Assembly (NCBI GenBank): GCA_030265395.1
Contig: JARFYF010000022.1
Coordinates: forward strand, 18,473,944-18,537,943
Length of the DNA stretch: 64,000 nt
Origin: Rhina ancylostomus
Taxonomy: Eukaryota
Direction of reading: 5' to 3'
In this document: one piece after another, positions 25,951-39,246 of the stretch
Layout: each line of letters begins with the position of its first letter
How positions within the stretch are numbered: position 1 is the first letter of the stretch
The notes under the pieces: model-generated
Seen by the model: the letters and a program-made list of their open reading frames with translations, nothing else
Databases searched by the model: none
Told to the model about the DNA's origin: nothing
Position numbers and translations under genes: made by a program

Positions 25951-28900
25951 TGAGCACGCTGTACTTGATTTGCAACGCCCCTGTTGAGTCCCGGCTTTGT
26001 CTGAACACTGCAACTCTGTTACATTTTTATGATCTTTTTTTTCAACGATAAGATTACGCATAAAACATTGGCGTAGGAAAGTGGTATTTAGTTTAAGTCT
26101 GTAAAATGTTGTCATTCACATTTCAGCGTTTAACAAGGAAACTGAAGTGAACGATGACTTGAATGCACATTTATTCACAGAAAACTGACATCGAGCAATA
26201 GTCTTCAATGAAACTTTGAATGTCTAAATTCAAACCGAAATATTTTTTTCACTTCGCCACTCTAGTGGACTAAACATTCGTAACAGCCACTTCCAATGAT
26301 TGCCGGCATCAAGTTTCGTTAACTGGTCTAACGGTAAATCATTTCACCAATATGCCACTTTGGTTAAAGCTCTGCGGTCACGTCTCGGTGTTCCTTGCTT
26401 GTAGTGAAACCCACTTTAACGCTGTTTGAGGAGCCGGTTCAAAAGCTCGATGCCGATCCACGACAATAGGCGAACTCGCCTGCTCATCACTTTTAAAAAA
26501 CTTATTGCTGCCATTGTTAATTCTTTTCTTAAATAACCCTGGGACCTAATGAAAACCAACTCAGAAGTTTCAATTTAAACTTCCTTTACATTCATCCCCC
26601 AGACAATTCAGTGTTAAGAGCCAGTTTCCATAAATCCCTTGGAGGAACATCTTTAACAAATTTGTACCTGAATGTTTTTTTCTGATATGTTATAACTTGT
26701 ACATTTGTAATGAGCCGGCCATAAAATAGTGGAAAAAAAATGAGCTGAGCAAGATTCAGAATAATGCAAAAATTGAAGAAACCGCTGTTTCAGTATTGGA
26801 GTTTATTTCGGCAATTATATCTACTCATCTACTTGTTTCCAGATCATTAGAGTATCCATACAGCGGAAGGTCATACCGGTCTATAAATTCACGCACTCAG
26901 AAAGAGTGGTAGAAAAATGCAACGCAGATAATAACTTCCTTATGAAGGAGTTTTATCTGTGTTCTAATTTGTATTTATTTCATATATTGGCTATGAATAT
27001 TCCGTGCTTATCCTCCATTTCCATTGGGTTGTCTATGTCTGCCATTTTTAAACATACGCGCAGATGCAAACATAAAACTTAATTCCCTATTGTTTTAATA
27101 ATCTTGGCGATTTCTTCATTGGTCATGTCTTATAATTCCCGTCTTGCATCACTCTTAGGGTTTAGCACTTTTCATTGTAATTGAATTTTTGAATTCAATA
27201 ATTTTTTAATATGATTTTTGGACGGGGTCAATAAAACTCATTGTAAAGACTTTAGAAATCGCATGCCGGGTTCTTATCGTGAAAGAATGGAATATCATGA
27301 ACTGCGGGGGCTAGCTGTCTTTTTAAAACATATAATTTGCTTCATCGATGCAAATAACCAACACAGCAGTTTTATACCCTTTGTAACTATTCATCATGAA
27401 GGGGAGACTATCAAAAGAAGCATACCCTGTTTCTTAAAGTAAGCTGTAACTGCATTACTTATAGCTCCTCTAAGCTTATGCAACACTTTACACAAGAAAC
27501 AATCGAGATCTTGGTCACCAGTTTAACCATTTGTGAAAATCGTGTCGGCTCTCTCGTATTAAGACCAGTAAGCCCGGGAATCTTTGAACCAACATTAAGC
27601 TTATAATGATAAAATATAATGTGTTGTTTGGCGTCGCAGCTCACCGGTTCCACATCCTTCCCCTAAAACAAATAAAATTGAAGGTCATAATACAAGACGG
27701 ATGAAGCATGCGAGCATTCCGACAGGTTAATACCGTTCAAAAACTCTGTAGATTAGTCAGGAACAACATTTAGGTGATATTTCATGCAAGGTACTATTTG
27801 TCTTTTCCCATGTTAATTTGAATTTGAAAGTATTCTTCAAAGTCATTAAATACGTACCGTGTAAACTTGTAAATACATTTATCTAACGTGAATGCACATC
27901 CTAACATGAATCAACAAGATACCTCACAGATTGACTGCTGTACAAGGGAATGTTAAATTACTAAAACCAGTTCAATAAATTATTCCTTTTTAAAAAAAGG
28001 TCGTCAAGATTGTATATTATTTAAATGTAACAAAATGTGTGAGAAAGTTTACTTTTTAAATTTCCTTCTCAATATTCGATCTGAACACTGCAAGTTTAAA
28101 TTCAACGTTTTCATCCCACCCCGGACAGACAACAATCGAGTCTATGGGATACAAACGTAGGTGCAGGAATTTTAGTTCCACCCAAATCAACTGCATTTAG
28201 CCATGGACAATGGGGGAGATAGTGAGCGGGTGGGGTGGGGTGGAAGCATTGCTGTTAACGAAAATACGACCATAATAAACCAAAAGTCCTTCGAATAGAT
28301 TAGGATTATTCATGCTAAATCGTTTCTCCCGGTAGGCGAATGGAAATATTCGCTAGTAAATTTTATCCTTCCCTCCTATGTGACAAATTTAGGAAATTAA
28401 ACAGGATTAAACTAGGATTAAGATGTAAAAAGACCCCAAGAAGGTGTTAAAATAACCTTCCCTACCTTGAAGAATTAATTTCTCCAATTTCGAGCCCTTA
28501 TTCTTTCTGGTTATTTTAAAAATGCTCTGATGCTTGCATTAGAGGCACATTATGTTGATTATTATCAACAATGCTGAATATTATACTGACATCAGCTATT
28601 AAAAATTCTAGATTTTTTATCTGCCAGATTATCTAAATAAATTAAAGGTAGCGCATCACATTGGCAGAGGAATAAAATAAATCCTAAACGATTAATGTTT
28701 AAGTTTACAAATGAAGGCAAATATTGATTTAAATGACCTGCTGAAATAAAATATAAAATCTTGAGTTAGTGAATATGCAGGATTGGTGAACACAAACCTC
28801 CAGCAAGGCTGTACATTCAAACATCAACATTGACAGTTGGCATGTTTTGTTCTTTCTGATGACACTGCGCTATGCATTTTGTATATTTTTAATTGAATCA

Positions 28901-29192
28901 TATATTGTAAAACATGAAGGAATATGGGGTTCATTTACTGAAATAAATCACGACGAAAGGTATAGACAGTCACTCTGTTAATGCCAGTATAGCAAATCGA
29001 GATTTCAAAGTAACAACTCTGGTCGGAATCTGGTAGTTATAACCCGCCTTCACTTTGTTCTATTATTTTTTTAAGAATCTAAATAGTTTCATCTTGGCAT
29101 AGTTCCATAAACTATAGTTAAACTTCTGTGTTAGAACACCTTTGGCTACAGAGTCCTTACCTGAATTGCAACTCAGAGCTGATCTAATTGAT

Positions 29193-29264
29193 GTATTTCA
29201 ATATAGCTAAAATTACCCCAGCACTGATTTACTTGATTAAGTAAGTTTAGCTATATTGAAATAC
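29193..29264. repeat. Inverted repeat, 24-bp arms (1 mismatch), 24-nt loop
   Basis: gtatttcaatatagctaaa (29193-29211) pairs with tttagctatattgaaatac (29246-29264); pairing extends inward over TTAC/GTAA. Confidence 0.9.
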
Positions 29265-32200
29265 GAATTGTGGACTGCAGATTCCTCAATATGGATATGG
29301 ATATGGATGTACTATTTTAGGTCAGGGTGAATTCAATAAAAAACAATAAGAACAGCTGTTTGAGGTGGGTGAACACCCGTATCCCACCTTAAACGAATTA
29401 ATATCCAACTAAATACTTTTTTTATTTACAAAATAAAACAATAAAAGCACCAGTGCAATAAAAACAACAGTACACAATTTGGGTAACTGTTATTAGTTTT
29501 CAAGGTATATTTAATAACCTTATTAATTAACTTTGCACACATGTTGGTGTCAAATCAATGCATGTTTGATTTTCTGTTGGTTTTCACACTTTTCGAAATC
29601 TATTGCTTAGCTTGTAAAGTAAAAGCAAATTCATCGAAGTAATATAGCATAAAAATATGGTATTTATTTTACATACAATATACAATACTTTGCGACAATA
29701 TTACCTAAGTTTCCCCGAACTGCGCTTTTTTTCTTGTTTGACTTCATTAAGATGTTCATGAAAGGACATGGTAAATGTCAGTTGAAGTTCATTTCCGTTG
29801 CTAAAAAGCAGGTAGTCTGCAGTTCACAGTAGTTTATGTTTTACTCTGAAGTTTGGGCATAAATTGGGGAAACTATTTTTTTTCTTTAAATGTGTGCTTC
29901 ATTAATAATAAACTGCACTCGGGATATATTTGATTCTGTAACGGACTGCAATCAGCATTGAATGGGTTGTTCTGGATATTATTTCAGTCAGCAGGTCATT
30001 AAGCGGGAGAGAATATCATGTTCAGCAAAGTTGTAGACAACGTCCGTAAAACAAAACTGTAGCGGTTTTAGGCAAGTATTTCTGTGTTTCTACATTCTGT
30101 TGCTGCGTCTCCCAGTGTAATTTTATTCTCAAACTTCTTGCACTTTTCGGCAATAATTCATCTGTATTGCGACAGAAATGAACTTTGACAATTACTGATA
30201 TAATTCTGTCCAGGAATTATTATTATAATATTACACACTTGAGTAGTTTAAGATAGAATAATCCATTGGATCCTTCGAAATTGCTATTGTCTAGTGGAAA
30301 CAGTTGGATCTTTCGATTTTGAACACAACGGACCGTTTAATTAACGAATTATGGCAAGTAGGAAATCAGAGCTTAAAAGGTAAAACGGTATTCAATTGAG
30401 AAATGTTTTTTTTTAAGCATAGCTCTTGTAGAGCCGTTTGTCTTTAATCACACCCATTCGAACTTTGCGTGAAACTAACATAACTCTTAAGGATCTTACA
30501 CAGAACCAAGAAACGTCTTGTGCAGTTTGCATTAAAAAACTGCAGTTAAATACACGTTCTGAATTTTGAACTCGAAGTTAATAGGACATCCTGCAATTAT
30601 CTGAAAGGGAAAAAAGAATGAGATTTTGTTTTTCTCTGTGATTCGTCTAGGATTCCCTACAAAGCTTTACAGCCCCTATAATTGTACACATAAGAGGTTA
30701 ATACCACGTACTGGGCTTTCAGTTTTAATCGTGAATGGATATAATAACACATTGTTCTGACATAGGCAACACTATGATACTATATTTAATTAGCTCATCT
30801 ACGATTATACCAACCCCGTTGACCATGCCATGTTCTCATAGTTATTGAATTAAATTTAGCCGCAGATTCAAATATGTTACTCTTTTCGAACCACTGGAAA
30901 TGAAATTCAGGGAGTGATGTACTTTAAGGGAAAATATCGAAACACGTGTTATGGGAAAGGAAAATGTTTGATGCTAAGTTTGGAAAATGTGGTGAGTATA
31001 ATGTGGTTAGAATGAAAACAAAATAAACTGCCATTACGAATAAGGATTACCGGGCCACATGACTTGTGATATGCATCATATATTATGCGTATTATTCCTA
31101 AGGTCACCAGCGCCGTTGTATTGGTGCACTGTATTTGGCGCATTGAACTGTATTATACCCAGCATTGTATACACCGCATACACTGACTTTAGTGTAGTTG
31201 CCAGATCCTACCGAACCCCATATGCTACACCGATTCTCAGGTAGTCTTGGTGTCGGGACTGTCTTCCATCCACTCCAATTCCGTGGGTTCTGAGGTGACT
31301 GACCACGCCAATGTAAGTTTCGTACACTCTGCCACAGGTGGGGTAAGAGGCGTTTAGAAGGGCGGGCAGGTGAGTGATTCAGGAGTTGGTGCCTCTTTCT
31401 GTCACTCATGCTGATGCTCTGTGCATTCCCAATGGACGTGACCTTCTCAATTCCATCCCAAATATTTCTTCTCCATTTGAGTGGTCATGGACGAGGGATT
31501 CCAATGATTTGGTGGGGATGCTACACTTATTCAGGGAAGCATGGAAAACCACCTGGGACCGTGTCCTTTTGCCCGCGTGACAGAAGTGAGTAATCGCACC
31601 TGCGGTAGGAGCTGACAGAGTGTATCTAGGGCCGCAGTGCTGGGAATGTTGGCCTGGGAGAGGACACTGATGTGGGTTTGGCTATCCTGCCAATGGATAC
31701 GGAGGATTCTGCAGAGACAGTACTGGTGGTATCTCTCCATGTTTTGAGGCGCCTGCTGCAGGTCGTCGTTGCCTCGCAAGTGTCCATGAGGGTGGAATAA
31801 CTGAGGTCCAGCAGAGCATGAGCCGTGTGCTGGATTTAAGGCCTTGATTTTCAAGCAACATTTTTTTAAACTGGCTCAATGCTTTGCGAGTGCAGTAAAG
31901 GCAATGAAGAATTTTATCACTGACGTGTGCATTCATAGATGAAGTGATCCACATTTTTCAGGGTCTCAGAATGGATATTGTCAGAGGGTAGTGCCGTACA
32001 GTAGGCAGTGGAGCTTTGTTTTGCAGCTCTGAAGTGAAAGGCCCATTCTCATATATACTTCATTAAACGAGTTGATGATGACTCAGAGCTCAGCCTTTGA
32101 ACGTGTGTATAATCAAATATCATCCGCATTCCACAGATGGATTACCAACATTATCTAAAATGGAAGTGATGTATATGTTTGACATGTAGATTAGCTCCAC

Positions 32201-32295
32201 GCTATTAGGACCCTTGTTGGAAATGGAGCCCAGGTGCAGCTTTACAAAGAGCAATAATGAGAGTAACGTTGGGGTGACAACGCTGCCTTCCTTGA

Positions 32296-32515
32296 CGAAA
32301 GACACGATGACGCTGGAGGAACTCAGCAGGCCAGGCAGCATCTGTGGAGAAAAGCAGGCGGGCAACGTTTCGGGGCAGGACNNNNNNNNNNGGACCCTTC
32401 TTCAGTTGACCGCCTGCTATTCTCCACGGATGCTGCCTGGCCTGCTGAGTTCCTCCAGCATCATCGTGTTTTTTTTTATCTAGATTCCCACATCTGCAGT
32501 CCTTTGATTCTCTGG
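32296..32515. mobile_element. Young Penelope-associated fold-back element with hammerhead core and 17-bp TSD
   Basis: Inverted arms of about 65 bp (32302-32366 and 32405-32469). Direct repeat aacgctgccttccttga at 32279-32295 and 32516-32532. Confidence 0.9.
32361..32408 (-). ncRNA. Candidate minimal type I hammerhead ribozyme core
   Basis: Minus strand reads CTGAAGA-A-GGG(TCC..TGC)CCC-GAAAC-GTT. A 10-N gap lies in loop II, with GGAC repeated on both sides. Stem I is imperfect in this copy. Confidence 0.55.
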
Positions 32516-34259
32516 AACGCTGCCTTCCTTGATGGGTCTTTCGTGGAACAATCAGTTTGGAACATAATTTGCATGCCATCATGAAGTCAATAAGGAGAAT
32601 ATCCTTGGGGATGTAAATTCAAGGTAAAATTGATAGAATTAACAACTCTTGTGAGTCAATAAAAGACCATGCATAGTGGTTGATGATGCTTCCTGCGTTT
32701 TCTCTTGGAGTTAACGCTGATGACATTCATGTCGGTCATGTCTGTTCACTAGCCTAATGGCAGTTTTAAAAAATATATATATATATATAAGTGGCAAGAG
32801 GAATACAATTTACGGAAGTTGGAAATACTCACCTTGACTGGACCCAGATGATACGCTCATTGTTGGGCATCTACTTCAATCCCATTGCCTCATTCCCCTC
32901 CCTATCCTATAGACTCACTGACCTACAGTTGCCGCAATTCCCTCTCTCGTTTATAAACATCAATGCCCCACACGCAGTGATGGCTTTACCTGACAGGAAT
33001 AATTAATAAGCGCAAGCAACGTAAAAATGATGGATCTTGGGGAAGTGTGCCCAGCTTCTAGGTAATCCAACAAATGATCTCTACTAGATCCCAGATTTAA
33101 TTTCGACGTGCAGACCCATGTTGAGGCAAGAAGGAAGGTAGACCGTGGTTCTTGCTGTTTTTGTACCCCAGCTCCTGTCTGATGACAACAACCGAGAACC
33201 CTCCGTTTCCCGAGAATTGAAAGATGATTCGTCCGCCAAATAAATCTGGCACTCACAAAATTCAACATTAAGGCTGAGGTGGGGTATATTCAGGGGCATG
33301 TGCTTTCCACACTCTACCAGTGACTGAAGAAAGCCAATGGTTTTGCGTTTTGCTCAGAACTCGAGGTATCCCAGAGTTATCAATATTCTCTACACTCATT
33401 CAGGCAAGATCTGATGAAATACATAAATGGTTTATTTCAGCAGCTGTGTTCTTTTAGATACTAGTTCCTGCATGGATAACGAAAAGGGTTTAGAATCATT
33501 AAACTGTGTAGGACGAAATAAGGTGTGTGATTAATCCACCCGAAAACGAGAGGTCCCATTTAACATAATAGTTAAGGAATGAACTTGAGACACCTTTTGG
33601 ATTGAATCGCCGTAGCTTTTTTTTGAGGACCAGTATAAGCGCAGACAAGAAAATGGAAACTTCATGTGGTTCGCAAGAGAGGAAAATTCGCCAAGAACGT
33701 GTCTAAATCAAAATAATCGAGTAATCATTGCCCATCACAATTTAACCGGCAGTTTTCTTAACCTCAAAAACTCACTTGGCAGTTCGTTATAAGTCCTATT
33801 CTGGAGTGAAATATTTAATTACATGTTCTTCATGGGTAAATTCTTCACAGCCTCAGGTAAAAAGCAACACTGGACACTCTAATTACAAGACAATGTCGGA
33901 GAGTGTACCGCTCCACAGAATATGCATAGGTGTATTTTGATCAAATGAATTCTAACTACATTTAAACATGCTTAATAACATCCCTTTAAAAAAACAGGTT
34001 ATCTCTTGAACAGAATACGTGTTTACACAATATTCGGTGCCAGCTTCATCTGTTGCAGTAAACACCAAAGGCACTAACTGTTGTAAACAAAACGACATTT
34101 TAAGGAAACAAAATTGTTTTCCCCAAATGTTTATCATGTGATAACGTTACCACGGTCTTTACTTGTTAAATAAGCGTGTGATCTGTTCATGAAATTAAAG
34201 GTTTGGAATTTTATGTTTACAATTTGGCGATCTACATCATTCAAAGAATAGGGACTGAT

Positions 34260-36575
34260 CAAAGTCAAAGTCAAAGTCGAGCTTATTGTCATCTGCATAA
34301 GTACATGTGTGCACAGGTGCAATGAAAGACTTACTTGCAGCAGCATCACAGACACACAGCATCATATAAGCAGCATTCACAAGAAAGCATAAATTAAACA
34401 TAAATTATACCCAATTTTTACCAGAAAAGACAATCAGAAAACAAAAATAACAAAATCCATTTTAGTGCAAAATGGTCAAAGTGGCTTATGTTAAAGTGTA
34501 GTGATTAGGTTTCGCCGGCTGGTTCAAGGACAGAATGGTTGAAGAGGTGGAACTGTTCTTGAACCTGGTAGTGTGGAACTTCAGGCTTCTGTACCTCCTG
34601 CCAGATGGTAGCTGCAAAAAGATGGCATGGTCCAGATGGTGGGGATCTTTGATGACGGATGTTGCCTTCTTGAGGTGGCTAGTGCTTCCTGTAGATACTG
34701 CTGATGGTGGGGAGGGATGTGCCCATGATGCTTTGGGCAGAGTCCACTACTGTCTGTAGCTTCTTACATTCCTGCACATTCGAATTGCCGTACCAGACCA
34801 TGATGCAACCAGTCAGGATACTTACAACAGTACATCTCTAGAAGTTTGTTAGTGTTCGGTTTTGTGACAAGCCGAACCTCCTTAACCTCCCAAGAAAGTA
34901 AGGGTGCTGATGCACTTTCCTTATGATTGCATCTATGTGCTGAGACTGGGACAGGGCATCTGATATGTTAGCGCCCAGGAATGTAAAGCTGCTGACCCTC
35001 TCCACCGCCAATCACCCAACGTAGACCAGTGAATGTTCACCCTTCTTCCCCTTCCTGAAGTCAACAATCAGCTCTTTAGTTTTGCTGACATTGAACGAGA
35101 GGTTGTTGTTGCAACACCACTCAACCAGGTGTCCTATCTCACTCCGGTAAGCTGACTCATCACCACCTGTGATGCGACCAACAATAGTAGTGTTGTCAGC
35201 GAATTTGAAAATGGCATTGGGCTGTGCTGAGCCTCACAGTCACGNNNNNNNNNNNNNNNNNNNNNNNNNNNNNNNNNNNNNNNNNNNNNNNNNNNNNNNN
35301 NNNNNNNNNNNNNNNNNNNNNNNNNNNNNNNNNNNNNNNNNNNNNNNNNNNNNNNNNNNNNNNNNNNNNNNNNNNNNNNNNNNNNNNNNNNNNNNNNNNN
35401 NNNNNNNNNNNNNNNNNNNNNNNNNNNNNNNNNNNNNNNNNNNNNNNNNGTAGTCAATGAGCAGCAGCCTGACATATGAGCTTCTGTTGTCCAGATGGTC
35501 CAGAGCAGAGTGAAGAGCCAGAGGAATCACATCTGCTGTTGACCTGCTGTGGCAGTAAGCAAGTTGAATCATATCCAGGTCATCTATGAAGGCAGGAGTT
35601 AGTTCGCACCATAACCAACCTCTCGAAGCACTTCAGTATGGTTGATGTAAGTGCCACCGGACAGTAGTCATTGAGGCAGCTCATCAAGCTCTTCTTGGGC
35701 ACTAGTATAATAGAGGCCTTTTTGAAGCAGGTGGGAACCTCAGACCGCAGAAGTGAGAGGTTGAATATGTCTGTAAGTACTCCAGCCAGTTGGTCACACA
35801 GATCTTTAGTACTTGGCCAAGTACGTCACCTGGAACCACCAGATGCCTTTCATAGATTCACTCACTTGAAGGATGCTTGGCCATCAGCCTCAGAGACTGA
35901 AATTACAGGGTCATCTGGAGATGTGGGGTCTTGTGTGGGTGTGTCGTAGTTCTCCCTATCAAAACATGCATAAAAGGCATTGAGCTCATCCAGGAGTGAT
36001 GGGTCATTGCAACTTATGCTCTCCATCTCACTTTTTAGGAAGTTATATTGTGCAAACCCTACCACAGCTGTTGAGTGTTCATCTGTGAATCCAGTTTAGT
36101 CTGAAATTGCCTCTTTGTGCTCACGATGGCCTTCTGGTGGAAGAAGCACAGCCAAGTGGTCGGATTTACCAAAGTGCGGGTGAGGGATGGAGAAGTAGGC
36201 ATTCTTGAATGTGGTATAGTAGTGGTCAAGTGTGTTGAGTCCTCTAGTATTGCAGGTGATGTGTTGATAGTAGTTAGGCAGAGACTTCTTCAAGCTAGCA
36301 TGATTAATGTCTCCCGCCACCATGTGACAGGCATTAGCGTACACTGCTTCATTCTTGTTAATCACAGCACTTAGTTCCTCTAGTACTAGCTTGACATCTG
36401 CTTGAGGTGAGATGTAGATTGCAGTCAGGGTGATGGTGGGGAACTCCCGTGGAAGGTAGAATGGTTAGCATTTCACTGCCAGGTGTTCCACATTGGGGCA
36501 GTAGGAATGGGACAAGATCGCCACATCTGTGCACCATGATGTGTTTATCATAAGACAGATGCTGCTGCCTCTTAG
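34260..36575 (-). mobile_element. Rex1/Babar LINE, internally deleted, containing a gap
   Basis: APE remnant VAGDINHASLKKSLPNYYQHITCNTRG.NTLDH...FGKSDH; RT remnant QLAYCHSRSTADVI.LALHSALDHLDNRSSYVRLLLIDY; (GACTTT)n tail at 34260-34280. Confidence 0.92.
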
Positions 36576-36690
36576 TCCATAATACTATGAAGATATATGT
36601 AGCTTTATTGATAACTTTCATTATTAATTTGCAAAAAGAATGGCTCTGCAGTGTCATGAAATGTCAATGTTTTAAATTAATTAATTCAAA

Positions 36691-36729
36691 TGTTACAGAC
36701 TAGGTTACTATTAGTGAATGTCCCTTTAA

Positions 36730-36767
<38 letters not shown>
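36691..36767 (+). mobile_element. LTR 5' end with (TG)n, truncated by a gap
   Basis: tgttacagactaggttactattagtgaatgtccctttaagattgtgtg closely matches the start of the LTR at 39172. Confidence 0.6.
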
Positions 36768-36867
36768 NNNNNNNNNNNNNNNNNNNNNNNNNNNNNNNNN
36801 NNNNNNNNNNNNNNNNNNNNNNNNNNNNNNNNNNNNNNNNNNNNNNNNNNNNNNNNNNNNNNNNNNN

Positions 36868-37090
36868 TTATCCAAGCTCTCAGTTCATCACCCTTATTCC
36901 TGATACTTCTTGCATTTAAGTAAATGCACTTTAGCCTATCCACCTTTCTACTTTTATGTCCTATACTCTGCTTCTCCTTCCTCAAAGCCTCTCTACATGT
37001 TAGATCTGACTTTTCCACATCCACTCCTTCCTCCAACCTATCCCTCCCCCTGCTTCCCCTCTGCTTCCCATCTCCCTCGCAAACTAGTTA
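36868..37090 (-). mobile_element. CR1 ORF2 N-terminal (APE) fragment
   Basis: Minus-strand LKCIYLNARSIRNKGDELRAWI. Confidence 0.85.
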
Positions 37091-37539
37091 TCCATTTCTT
37101 GGGTCTAGACCTACTATTTATGGCAGTAGTACCCCTTGGTCAGGAGGGCTTCACTGGTGAGGACCTGCTTCCATAGATTAGGTTGCCACTATTAGACAGG
37201 AGAGGAATGGGCACTGGCTAGTCACTGCTCATTTAAGTAGACCCGATAAAATCATTCTGTGGCTCTAGGCTGTGCACCACTGTTTTAGATTCACCAGCCA
37301 GACAAAGCATCCTCTTACCATCCAAGCCTTTCATATCAGCCAATGTAATGGAATATCACATAATAGGGTACAGGCTATGCCACCAAACACTAGAGAGTAC
37401 ATGCCTTCCTACCTAAACTTTCCCCAAAGGACAACAGCTTCATCCTATGAGTAAATCTAGTGAACCAACTTTAAGACAAAGTCCCTGCAATAGAGGAAAA
37501 AATACCATTTGTTACTCTAATTTCTTGCTGCTTATCCAA

Positions 37540-39090
37540 GTTAACTTTATGTATTTCATTATCAAAATGCTTGCATCCTTCTGAAGCCAAAGTTTAATAG
37601 CTTTTTTGCCATTTAGCACATTCATTTTTTTATTCACCAGTCAAAGTGAATAATGCCTAATTTCTGTAAATTGTACTCCTCTTGCTTCTTTTTCCTACCC
37701 ACTTAAGTACTCTATGCTCCATTGTTGTGTCTTCCTCACAGGTTATTTTCTGAGCCTTGTACGATCAGCATATTAGGATACATTACACTCAGTAGCTTCA
37801 TCACAGTTGAACATATTAACATATATACATATAATGTAAATAAATTTGGCCTCAGCACTGACTGTTGTGGAATCCCTTTTTTTCTTCCCCATTTGCAACA
37901 GTCTGACAAACTGAAATCCCCCATGCATTCCCACTGTCTTTTTTTGAACATGGTTTCCTAGACGTCTCCTCATTGCTTCCTGCAAACCGTTAGGCAGGGC
38001 GGTGATTTAAAGAATCGCTTTGAAATGTCAGCTTAACATGTTAGTTTTGTTTCTCTCTCCACAGATGCTGAGTTTTCCAATAACTTTGTTTCTATTTCCC
38101 ATTCTCTGTTTAAATTCCACTGACCAATCCTCTGTCTATTGCTACTAATATAATTCTCAGCTTAATGAGCATATTTTGTGTAAGCCATTCCTGTACAACC
38201 TTTCAAATATCCACACACACTTTATCCACTGGCTCTCTATTATCTACCCCTTGAGTTAATCTTCCAATGTTCTTGGATTTGATTTACACTGTCTTCCTAA
38301 CATAAAACCACATTCACTATATTTAATCATAATCTGATTTTCTAAGTACCCTTAGAATTCATTAGTAATGAATTCCAGCATTTCCTTTTGACTGATGTCG
38401 CCATATCTGGTGTGTAGTTCCCTTTTTTAACTTTCCCTATCCTAATGAATAGCAGTGTTACATGTGTTACTTTTCAATGCTTTAGGACCAGTGGATTTTT
38501 GGAATATCAAAACAATGCATTTACTATCTGAACCTAGGATGTAAGCCACATGATTATATTGTTGACTGGGCAGAGGGTGGGATGCTTTAGGGTCATTAAA
38601 TTCTCTAGTACATTTGTTTTACTAATAATTGTTTTAAGTTCCTCACTCTTATTTGTCTCTTGGCTCACCATTATTTTTGCCATTTTTTTTGTCTTCATAA
38701 TATTTAATTATGGAATCACTTCCTTATTCCCTTACCATTATAAATTATTATTTCTCAGTCTCATGCAGATGTATATTTACTTTTGCTACTCTCTTCCAGT
38801 CAAGGACTTGTAGAAGTCTTTACAATCTTCTTTATCTCTGACTTGTTCATTCTTCCTTTTTAATTTTTTTTATGGGGTCCATCTATACTGGTTTCTAAAA
38901 CTCTCCCTTTCTTCAAACTGACTACTTTCTGAGGAAATGTTATAAGCTTCTTTTAACTCAATATATGCTTAACCATTTGCTCAGGCATGAACAGATTATA
39001 TTTCCCATGGGTTTTTAATTTTCAATGGGATGTATATTTGCTGTGAAGCTTGCCATTGCTTGTCTGCTATTACAGTGCTTTAATGAGATA
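37540..39090 (-). mobile_element. Old decayed CR1 LINE
   Basis: GIPQQSVLRPNLFTLY (like GVPQGSVLGP.LF.IY) at about 37830-37880 plus further eroded ORF2-like sequence; a pLTR half-copy lies at about 38030-38100. Confidence 0.6.
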
Positions 39091-39099
39091 CAGAGCCTT

Positions 39100-39208
39100 A
39101 CATCCATATACCATAATTCATATCTTTTTTTGAAATGCTTCTAACATTCTACATTGAAGTGCTTTTGCAATTGTTATGGACTAGGACTATTAGTGAGTGT
39201 CCCTTTTA

Positions 39209-39246
<38 letters not shown>

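Larger units (their letters stand above)
31240..32720 (-). mobile_element. RTE (BovB-like) LINE, 5'-truncated and decayed, interrupted by a fold-back insertion
   Basis: Minus-strand remnants VKEGSVVTPTLLS (like GVKQGCVIAPTLFS), ERYHQYCLCRILRIHWQD..ISVLSQANIPS, and a terminal PTCGRV..HIG..SHLRTH zinc-finger-like segment. Confidence 0.85.
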
